11,853 nucleotides of DNA from a virus: the UHGV virus genome UHGV-0355102, one strand, 5' to 3'. Under the pieces are notes generated by a model. That model did no database searches. It saw only the letters and a list, made by a program, of their open reading frames with translations, and was not told the origin of the DNA. This document shows, piece by piece, positions 1-7,468 of the stretch. The position numbers and the translations under genes were made by a program. Position 1 is the first letter of the stretch. Every line of letters begins with the position of its first letter.

Positions 1-599
1 GCCACTCTGGCGGTTTCAGCATGTTGTCTGGCATCATTCGCGTCTGCTGCCGCGGCCTTTTCAGATTCGCATGCCCGGGTCGCCGCTTCTGCAGCTTCAC
101 TGGCTTTTTGTCCGGCTTCAGCCGCCCTGCTGGTTGCCGTCTTTGCACTGTCAGATGCACTCTTCGCACTGGCTGCTGCACTGTCTTTTGACTGTGTGGC
201 CTGAGTGTTTTTTGTCGCCGTGTCTTCATTCAGGCGACGAATAGTGGCAAGGTCATCAGCCACATTATTCTGTATCTGCCGGAAATCTGTCAGCAGTTCT
301 CCGGGTATGCTCACCTCAACAAGACTGCGGCGTAACAGCATATTGAGCGTCACCGTACTTTCGGTCCCCTCAATACGCACACGTCCGTAGACAGCAGTCT
401 TCCCTTTCACCGTCACCGAAACCGCATACTCCCCCGGATCCATCGTCATTCCGTAATATCCACCTTCACGGGTCACTGCCGACGCACTGGTGCCGCTGAG
501 CGCATCCGGTGAAACTGTCAGCGCCGTCAGGGTAATATTTGCTCCTGATATCGCCTCACCATCAGGAGATTTCAGCGTCCCCGAAACAACAACACTCAC
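1..599 (-). CDS. Tail fibre protein, N-terminal part (partial; continues beyond the left edge of the window)
   Basis: The minus-strand frame is open from 599 down to position 1; I checked every in-frame triplet and found no stop. GTG start at 597-599 overlaps the TGA stop of the upstream gene (GTGA), with a GGAGG Shine-Dalgarno 6 nt upstream. The translation begins MSVVVSGTLKSPDGEAISGANITL..., a beta-rich domain of about 90 aa followed by Ala/Ser/Lys-rich repeats (DSAAASAKSASDSAKTATSRAAEAGQKASEAAEAA), which matches from memory the N-terminal architecture of enterobacterial prophage tail fibres. Not in the ORF track because it has a GTG start and no stop inside the window. Confidence 0.6.
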   Translation of the reverse strand, partial: MSVVVSGTLKSPDGEAISGANITLTALTVSPDALSGTSASAVTREGGYYGMTMDPGEYAVSVTVKGKTAVYGRVRIEGTESTVTLNMLLRRSLVEVSIPGELLTDFRQIQNNVADDLATIRRLNEDTATKNTQATQSKDSAAASAKSASDSAKTATSRAAEAGQKASEAAEAATRACESEKAAAADANDARQHAETARV

Positions 600-1246
600 A
601 CTCCACCTCCGTTAAACACTTTTTTACGGGCAGACAATGCACTGTCTGCCCCCTGTTTGATCCCAAGTTGCTCAACAAAACTCTGATAATGCTGCGCAGC
701 CAGCCCCGATTCTGCGCCACCGGCAGCATCCTTACTGAAAGCGCGAAACAACATCCAGTCCACCAGTGGGTTAACATAAGCATCTTCCAGTGGAACTGGC
801 GTATCATCGTCCTGCGTCAGAACATACACTGCCTCCGGTATCCGGCTTACCACTGCATCAATACTTATCTCTTTGTCAGGAGCAGGAAACAGCCAGAATA
901 CGCGCGGGGACAGGTCGTTGCTGATAAAACATTCAGGAATGCCCTTCATTGTGAGCCACTCAGGATACTGCGCATCCAGCACCTCCCGGGATAATGGTCT
1001 GACTGCACTACCGTCACTGAGGCATATCACGTCAAGAAGTTGTATTACACCATCGGGCAAAACCTGACGGGCGCCCGGAACACAACTGATTGTTTCCAGG
1101 CTTGCGCCAGCATCCGGTCTCGCCAGAATCACTGCCCTCACAGCATCATTGTAATAATCGCACAATTCCTGCAGGGGCCAGCGAACCATCATCGGGTCAA
1201 CCAGTTGTGTATTCACACGTCCGATGATTTCTGTAATCGTCGTCAT
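596..1246 (-). CDS. Hypothetical virion/morphogenesis protein (216 aa)
   Basis: 216-aa ORF in the same orientation as the structural operon, with its ATG overlapping the stop of the upstream gene at 1246 and its stop overlapping the tail fibre start. No family recognised from sequence alone. Confidence 0.55.
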   Translation of the reverse strand: MTTITEIIGRVNTQLVDPMMVRWPLQELCDYYNDAVRAVILARPDAGASLETISCVPGARQVLPDGVIQLLDVICLSDGSAVRPLSREVLDAQYPEWLTMKGIPECFISNDLSPRVFWLFPAPDKEISIDAVVSRIPEAVYVLTQDDDTPVPLEDAYVNPLVDWMLFRAFSKDAAGGAESGLAAQHYQSFVEQLGIKQGADSALSARKKVFNGGGV

Positions 1247-1809
1247 CAGTAAAACCTTTGTCTGCGGACAGGATTGCGGTATGAGGAGTACGGACTTGTC
1301 GTCAGTGTGTCGCGATATGCCCGACGGATACCCTCAGAAAACAGCACAGAGAAATACTGTGCGCGCGACGGGTCTGACCATGAAACCCCGGTCTGCATGA
1401 ACAACCGTTCAAGCGCCCCTGCTGCCACTTCTTCAGACCATGCCCGCAGTTCATCCTGCACCTGACGGCTCCCTGCTTTCGGAGCAACGGCATAAAGCAC
1501 ACTCACCTCTCCGGGCGAACAGGCAAAATGCATTACCCGCCCCGGGCGGATTTCTACATCATGACCGGCAAAAAGCTCACGCCCGTCAGCGAGGATACGA
1601 ATAATATGTACGCACTCTTCATTCTCCGCGTCATATGGCAGCACACAGTCCTCTCCAGCTGACGGTGACAGCGTGGCTTCACGGCGGCACAACAGGGACT
1701 GACGGCAGAATGCCACTGCCGACATGGATAACGCATCCGTCATCATAATGTTCAGCGGACCACTGATATGGCGACGGACATACGGTAAAAAATCAGTCAG
1801 TTCCGCCAT
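1246..1809 (-). CDS. Hypothetical virion/morphogenesis protein (about 187 aa)
   Basis: The six-frame ORF runs 1246..1869, but the ATG at 1807-1809 (MAELTDFLPYV...) is preceded by GGAGA about 8 nt upstream and gives only a 17-nt overlap with the upstream gene, so I prefer it. Function unknown. Confidence 0.5.
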   Translation of the reverse strand: MAELTDFLPYVRRHISGPLNIMMTDALSMSAVAFCRQSLLCRREATLSPSAGEDCVLPYDAENEECVHIIRILADGRELFAGHDVEIRPGRVMHFACSPGEVSVLYAVAPKAGSRQVQDELRAWSEEVAAGALERLFMQTGVSWSDPSRAQYFSVLFSEGIRRAYRDTLTTSPYSSYRNPVRRQRFY

Positions 1810-2254
1810 GCTGTTCAGTCTCCGCAACACGACGGCGAAATGCCTCACGCACACGGATACGGAATGCATCAGCCGTTTCTTTCGGGTCTTTGTGAATATT
1901 CAGCTCTTCTGCCTCACACAACGTTGCCAGCCGTGCGGACGTGAGTTTGCTCAAATCCACATCCTGACCACCAACGCTAACCACAAAACTGTTCTCCGCT
2001 TCTGCAAGAGCAACCTGTTCTCTTTCCTGCGCCTGCTGTGCCTGCCGCAACTGCTCATCCTGTTGTTGCTTTTTCAGTACGCCATCAAGCTCTTCATGAC
2101 GAACCCAGACGTCAGAAAAGGCCAGCAACTGCCAAGCAAACGCATTGTCAACATGCACCGGCTCAAGACGCGGGAACAGTGTACGACTCCCGGTAAGGGT
2201 ATCCTTTTTCACGGGTTTGGGGCCGATATAGACAACGGCAATTTTTTCGCTCAT
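1793..2254 (-). CDS. Hypothetical protein (153 aa) in the head/neck module
   Basis: ORF with GGGGAA Shine-Dalgarno upstream of the ATG at 2252-2254; central Gln/Glu-rich predicted helical segment. Function unknown. Confidence 0.5.
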   Translation of the reverse strand: MSEKIAVVYIGPKPVKKDTLTGSRTLFPRLEPVHVDNAFAWQLLAFSDVWVRHEELDGVLKKQQQDEQLRQAQQAQEREQVALAEAENSFVVSVGGQDVDLSKLTSARLATLCEAEELNIHKDPKETADAFRIRVREAFRRRVAETEQHGGTD

Positions 2255-2268
2255 ATAATTCCCCGGGT

Positions 2269-2291
2269 AAAAAAGCCCGCATGACGCGGGC
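2269..2291 (-). terminator. Intrinsic terminator-like hairpin (minus strand) downstream of the 129-aa gene
   Basis: On the minus strand: GCCCGC - 5-nt loop - GCGGGC (plus coordinates 2275-2291) followed directly by TTTTTT (plus-strand A-run 2269-2274). Confidence 0.45.
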
Positions 2292-2304
2292 CAGAAGGTT
2301 TATA

Positions 2305-2694
2305 TCAGTAACCCACCACGGTATAACGCAGCAGAACATTCAGGGTGCCGGTTGCAGCGGCAGTCTTAATGGTGACAGTAACCAGCTCCCCGTCACGCAG
2401 TGTGGTGTACGGCTCCACGGGCACATATCTGGCAAATTTTGCAGAAACAGCTTCGCTGTTATCGATGAGAACATGCTCACCGGACTTAATGCTGACGGTT
2501 GCAGTACCCAGACCGCCCGTTGAAACCAGTTGCAGTGAGTTGATACGGATACCAACTGGCAGTGAAAGAAGATGAATAACACTGTCCGCTTCCGCAGCGT
2601 TCACTGTAAACACACCTTCTGCCACCGACTCATTACCGTGCGTACCTGAATAAATCCGCTCACTCAGTGATGGAGCAAGGATAGTCTTTGCCAT
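2305..2694 (-). CDS. Hypothetical small virion protein (129 aa), possibly a capsid-associated/decoration protein
   Basis: ORF immediately downstream of the major capsid gene with AGGAG upstream; predicted beta-rich; bracketed by hairpin plus T-run elements on both sides. Functional assignment is a guess from position only. Confidence 0.5.
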   Translation of the reverse strand: MAKTILAPSLSERIYSGTHGNESVAEGVFTVNAAEADSVIHLLSLPVGIRINSLQLVSTGGLGTATVSIKSGEHVLIDNSEAVSAKFARYVPVEPYTTLRDGELVTVTIKTAAATGTLNVLLRYTVVGY

Positions 2695-2709
2695 AATTAA
2701 TGACTCCTG

Positions 2710-2732
2710 AAAAAGCCGGGCGATAACCCGGC
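2710..2732 (-). terminator. Terminator/attenuator-like hairpin after the capsid gene (minus strand)
   Basis: On the minus strand: GCCGGG - TTATCG loop - CCCGGC (plus 2715-2732) followed by TTTTT (plus-strand A-run 2710-2714), just downstream of the capsid stop at 2749. Confidence 0.4.
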
Positions 2733-2748
2733 ATGGGGAAAGGAAAAA

Positions 2749-3963
2749 TCACAGCTTCACTGCGGTATCAATGGCAATCACGCCGTGATCCTGCATCTTG
2801 CCGCTCTTCTCGGGGAAACGGATTTTTTTCAGACCGTTGATCCAGCTGATTGCTATCTCAGTACGGTTATCCATATCCGTTTTCTTCTCAACCATGTTGA
2901 AGTGACCGCCGCCCTTCTGACCGTACGCATTCGCCAGCGCCTGAGCCCCCAGCAGCATGGCACGGTCGATGTTGGTTGCAGCAGCCTTTTCTGCCATCGT
3001 TGCCGTAAGGTCATTGTTCGACACCATAACCTTTGACCCCTGATAGAAACGGATCGGCATCCCCGCATACTTACGGACCAGAATATTGCGCCACATCGCA
3101 CATTCGCCTTTGAACAGCGGATGGTTAAAACCTTTTGAGCGGTTTACGGCACGCGTCATCATCTGGTTCCAGTCCTTGCCGGACGTGGAGGTGTACCAGT
3201 CATTCCACTGACGCGGCGTGACGTAGAGGACGTAATACGGATCTTCGCCATACAATTCATCACCGGACAGGCGTACCGGTTGTAACGGATGAGCCATCTC
3301 GTCAATAAACAACGAGAGATTATCGACCAGCGCAAGGGTGAACAGGTCAGACTGGTCAATACTCTCAAAACTCGTCGCATCCCCACCGAAAAAATGACGA
3401 TCATGCGTCGGCGGCAGTACGTCGTTGATCATGATTTTTTTGAATTCAGGGTGATCTGCCGTTGGCAGAATGGTGTCATCAGCAACAAAATCACCGCGGG
3501 CACCGGCAAGATGCACTATCGCACACTGGTCTTGCAGGTCGTTAAAGTACGTACCCAGCAGCGTTCTGGCAGAGGATGCCAGGTTGAACTTCGTACGCTG
3601 CTGGCTCATACGTCCGCCCGCATCCACCAGGTGACGGCCCTGATTAATTTTCAGGGAAAAATCAGCATGGCTGAGGTCTTCACCACGGCCTTCAACGCGC
3701 TCATCCCCCATCGTCGGACGTTTAGAGAGTTTGTGCATGATGCTGAACGTCACTTCATCACCGGCCTGTTTGTTGAGGTCCGTGATTCGCACAACCGGTG
3801 CACCTGCACTGGTCTGCTTCGTGCTTTTCTTGTCAGGCGAAACTGCTTTTGGTGCATCCTGCTGTTCAGTGAGAATATTCACCATCGAGCGGTTTCGGTT
3901 GGCAGCCGTGAAAAGCGCCACCTGATACAGCTTATTCGCCTGGGCTGTTGTTACTGTGGTCAT
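2749..3963 (-). CDS. Major capsid (coat) protein, putative
   Basis: 404-aa ORF with a strong GAAGGAG Shine-Dalgarno, directly downstream of an acidic scaffold-like gene in a terminase-portal-scaffold-capsid order. Size is consistent with a capsid protein. Assignment is by position and size, not a verified alignment. Confidence 0.7.
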   Translation of the reverse strand: MTTVTTAQANKLYQVALFTAANRNRSMVNILTEQQDAPKAVSPDKKSTKQTSAGAPVVRITDLNKQAGDEVTFSIMHKLSKRPTMGDERVEGRGEDLSHADFSLKINQGRHLVDAGGRMSQQRTKFNLASSARTLLGTYFNDLQDQCAIVHLAGARGDFVADDTILPTADHPEFKKIMINDVLPPTHDRHFFGGDATSFESIDQSDLFTLALVDNLSLFIDEMAHPLQPVRLSGDELYGEDPYYVLYVTPRQWNDWYTSTSGKDWNQMMTRAVNRSKGFNHPLFKGECAMWRNILVRKYAGMPIRFYQGSKVMVSNNDLTATMAEKAAATNIDRAMLLGAQALANAYGQKGGGHFNMVEKKTDMDNRTEIAISWINGLKKIRFPEKSGKMQDHGVIAIDTAVKL

Positions 3964-3985
3964 TACGTCAGTACTCCTTCAGTGG

Positions 3986-4993
3986 TTACCCGAGTTTTTC
4001 CAGAATCGCGTCAATTTCAGCGTCCGTCATGCCTCGCATGGCTGCTTCAATTTCGGTATGGGAAGCACCAAGTAACCGTTCAAAATTATCACCGGTTCCG
4101 ACGGAAGCCGTGTTGCCAAGCTCTGACGGGGAAGCAGGCACTGCCATCTCCCGTTCAGCGGCTTTCACTTTTTCTTCTGCCGTTTTCCGGATATCAGTGT
4201 TGTCTGCCTTGTCATTAGAAGGCGGCTCACTGGCTTCACCGAAAGCGAGCTGCGTACGGCGGGCCACTTCGGCGAAACGTTCAGTGAGCGGTTTGTCTTT
4301 CCATACGGGGTCATTCTGGAGCTTCCCGTCGATGGATACGGCAACCGAGAAGCGATCCGGATCGGAGTTCTGCCACGTTTTCAGCACCGGCACGTCATTC
4401 ATTGCATCAAGAACCGGTGATAAATCCTCACCACCATGACCTTCTGCCTGCTGTGCTGATTGCTGAACACGGGACTGGAGATAGTTATTTTTACGGATAA
4501 GCGAAGCCACCGCGTCACCAATTTCCGGATACATCTCCCTGATACGGGCAATCTTCTCATCAGAGATTTTTTCGTTTTCCGGTAACGGTGCGGGTTTCAT
4601 ACCGGCCTGGTGAATCTGAGACGTCAGCAGTTCAACCAGGCGTTTTTCTTCGGCTATCTGTCCCCGAAGAAGTGCGGCTTCCTGTTCGGCCCGCTGCTTA
4701 CCGGAACGTTCAGCCTCAAGGACTTCATAGGGAATGACGTGTTTACCATCGCGGGTGAGCACACCCTTCGCCTCCGGCTCCTTCACGTCCTGCGTCTGCT
4801 CAGCACTGGCATCCGGCGTCGGTGCCGCAGTGTTATCGCCCGTCTGTGTCTGTGCTGCCTCATCCGCATGATTTTCTGTGGCGGCCTCTGTCACGCCGTC
4901 CTGTTCGTGACCGTCAATATCCACATCCCCAAGTCCTTCCAGCATTTTTTCCAGTTGTTCCGGGGTTTCTTCACCCGTAAATTCAAAATCCAT
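3986..4993 (-). CDS. Scaffolding protein, putative
   Basis: 335-aa ORF between portal and capsid genes; highly acidic, Ala/Glu/Gln-rich, with a low-complexity predicted helical composition typical of phage scaffold proteins; GGAG Shine-Dalgarno 7 nt upstream of the ATG. Confidence 0.55.
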   Translation of the reverse strand: MDFEFTGEETPEQLEKMLEGLGDVDIDGHEQDGVTEAATENHADEAAQTQTGDNTAAPTPDASAEQTQDVKEPEAKGVLTRDGKHVIPYEVLEAERSGKQRAEQEAALLRGQIAEEKRLVELLTSQIHQAGMKPAPLPENEKISDEKIARIREMYPEIGDAVASLIRKNNYLQSRVQQSAQQAEGHGGEDLSPVLDAMNDVPVLKTWQNSDPDRFSVAVSIDGKLQNDPVWKDKPLTERFAEVARRTQLAFGEASEPPSNDKADNTDIRKTAEEKVKAAEREMAVPASPSELGNTASVGTGDNFERLLGASHTEIEAAMRGMTDAEIDAILEKLG

Positions 4994-5106
4994 AAATAAC
5001 TCCGCATGGTCTGTTTATCGGACAGATCCGAATGGTTGAGTAAATAAGGCTTATCGCTGCCCCCGCGAATAAGCGCACCGCTCCCGGGACGCTTATCTCC
5101 GGAAAC

Positions 5107-5130
5107 AAAAAACCCCGTACGATGACGGGG
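5107..5130 (-). terminator. Intrinsic terminator-like hairpin between the portal and scaffold genes (minus strand)
   Basis: On the minus strand: CCCCGT - 6-nt loop - ACGGGG (plus 5113-5130) followed by TTTTTT (plus-strand A-run 5107-5112), immediately after the portal stop at 5151-5153. Confidence 0.5.
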
Positions 5131-5656
5131 TTCCGTTAAGTTCAGGATATTCATAGCGGCAATTCATGCATCCGCTGTTGTAGTGTATGTAGCATCTGTT
5201 GCTGAAGAGCTTCCTGCTCCTGTTCCATATTCTGTATGCCGGTAATGATTTCTGCCGTATGCGCCTGGTTGAGCGCATCCACATAACGCTGTCCCTGTGC
5301 CGCGGCGACATCCCGTTGTGCGCCAGCATTATCCCGTTGCGCAGCTGCCTGTGCCCTGGCAGCTTCTGCTTCCAGTTTAGCCACCCGGCCTGCCATTTCG
5401 CGCATCTGCAGTTCCTGTTGTTGCTGCTCCTGGGCCTGTTGCTGCTGAGCGGCCTGCTGCTCTTCCGGGGTCATCTCATCCGGTGATTTTGGTGTCCCCA
5501 GCGCCGCACGAATACGTTCGACAAATTCCTGTTTCTGCGGCACATCCAGAAGGTTAACCCACAGGTCGAGCACGACGGCCTGCACCTGAGGTGGCAGCCC
5601 CTGAATAACCTCTGACATTCGCTGTGCAAGCTGTGCCTTAAACGCCGGTGTCTGCT

Positions 5657-5830
5657 GAACAGGAGCCAGCGCAATATGTGTATTTAACCTTGAAATATCA
5701 TTGGTCAGTTCACCATTATCACCTTCAGCATTGAGAACAATGGGATGTTTTCCGGGTTGAACAGGATTTTCAGGTTGCCAGCCAGCAGTTTCAGGTCATG
5801 CAGGAGTCGGAAAAACTTATCCAGGACACG
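5657..5830. repeat. Left 174-bp repeat block: two adjacent 87-bp units (5657-5743 and 5744-5830)
   Basis: 5657-5743 is the exact reverse complement of 6060-6146, and 5744-5830 is the exact reverse complement of 6147-6233. Both checked base by base at 87/87 identity. Confidence 0.9.
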
Positions 5831-6059
5831 ATGGGGGTTTATTCCGCATTTCTCGGGCAGGATTCAAATGCATCGTCCGGCGTGGCGATCAGCAACCTGG
5901 TGGAGCAGGGAGCCACAACCCTTGCCGAAATCAACGATAACTACCAGTTTGCCTGCCAGCAGGTGGGAAGGCTGTTGCTCGCTTATCTTCTCGATGGCCT
6001 GAAAAAGCGGCGTAATCATGCGGTGGTGATTAATCGTGATGATCGCCAGCGTCGCCAGA

Positions 6060-6233
6060 CCATTGTTCTCAATGCTGAAGGTGATAATGGTGAACTGACC
6101 AATGATATTTCAAGGTTAAATACACATATTGCGCTGGCTCCTGTTCCGTGTCCTGGATAAGTTTTTCCGACTCCTGCATGACCTGAAACTGCTGGCTGGC
6201 AACCTGAAAATCCTGTTCAACCCGGAAAACATC
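6060..6233. repeat. Right 174-bp repeat block: two adjacent 87-bp units (6060-6146 and 6147-6233)
   Basis: Inverted partners of the left block; the pairs are interleaved rather than nested (left = X'Y, right = XY'), so the region is not a simple inverted repeat. All four units are portal coding sequence. Confidence 0.9.
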
Positions 6234-7468
6234 AGCAACGCTTTTCTGATTTTTTCGGGCCGGATTCAGTTTAATAATGCCATCCGGGCGCTCGATCTGC
6301 TCCATCAGCTCGTTGTCTGACAACTGGGTGGCATCCTCGTCCATAATCACGCGTTTGGCCTGAAGCAACCACGTCAGTTTTATACGACGAAAATTCACCT
6401 CATCCTGTGCCGGAATGGCCCGGGAAATCAGCCCGTAAGGCTCCCCGGTTTTATCCTTCCGGTATCCCCAGAAGGGAACCAGCGGGAACATCCCCTGCGG
6501 CGCACTGCAGGGGCGATCCACAATAAAGTGCGGTCCCACAAACCAGGCTTCACGAATACGACTTACCCGCCCGACTCTCACCTGCACCCGCCCGGATGCC
6601 ACAGCCACCGCATGCATCAGATTATTTTTATCAAAGGCCACCACCCGTCCATTACTGAGTTCAATCACCGGAAGACGCTCGAATGTACGGTAATAAACCA
6701 CCTGAAGCAGCACACGACGGCGTTCACGCTGAAGCCATTCGTTCTCCTTACGATCCCATGACTGATACTCTTCCCATGCACTCATCAACGGACTGGGCTG
6801 GCCTTCAGTAACCGTGGTATCGACAAAACCACGCCAGTCATCAATGGCATAATCGATAACCTGAGCCATTCCCGGGAATGTGGCTTTTGCCTCATCGGTA
6901 TCCATCCAGCGGCGGCGCATCAGCCAGCGGCAGTCACTTAAATCAGCTTCCCGGCTGAGCCAGTCCCAGAACACTTCATTCCGGCTGACAGTAGACACCT
7001 TAAACTCAGGCCCGAACGGATCGCTGTTCCGTCTGACCTCCACCCAGCTGAGCCCCGCCTTGATTTGTTCCGCATAGGCATCAGAGCGGGCTTTATTCAT
7101 ATTGCCAAGGCGGCATGCATCGGCAAATTCAGCATTAATAGCTTCAGCCAGTTTTTCAGTTTCATCATCTGGCTCGTCTGACATCACCACCAGATCAGTC
7201 CGTGTTTTGGCCTCCATTCCCAGAACACCATCAACGGTAGGCGCGATGAGGTTATGGATAGTCATCGGCTGACCGCGATCTTTCAGTACCTGAAGAACTT
7301 CTGGTGGCAACTGGTCACCATCGTAATACGCACAGGCCTTGTTTGCGGCATCGCGCCATTTAGGCTGACTGTCAATATCAGAACAAAGCGCCTGTAACTG
7401 GCGCTGAGAAAAACGCGGCGTGGCTCCGTTGTCGTTTTTCGTCGCCATGGTATTAGTTTCATTTTTCA

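Noticed and set aside
539-2284. Plus-strand ORFs 539..994, 873..1067, 1040..1252 and 1724..2284
   Set aside because: Antisense to well-supported minus-strand genes with coupled starts and stops; no independent support.
3289-4439. Long plus-strand ORFs 3289..4218 (309 aa) and 3948..4439 (163 aa)
   Set aside because: They lie antisense to the capsid and scaffold genes, have Cys/Arg-rich low-complexity translations and no ribosome-binding site; typical shadow ORFs.
4610-5486. Plus-strand ORFs 4610..4999 and 5199..5486
   Set aside because: Antisense to the scaffold gene and to the portal C-terminal segment; the second is a poly-Leu translation of the complement of a Gln-rich region.
5798-6160. 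Plus-strand 120-aa ORF looking like an independent gene inside the structural operon
   Set aside because: Its sequence continues the portal reading frame exactly (QESEKLIQDT is shared with the minus-strand portal ORF), so it is the inverted middle section of the portal gene, not a separate gene.
5657-6233. 87-bp perfect inverted repeats as the ends of an insertion sequence, MITE or invertase-driven switch
   Set aside because: The repeats are themselves portal coding sequence, there is no transposase or invertase, and the pairs are interleaved rather than nested. A simple inversion between either pair does not restore the gene.
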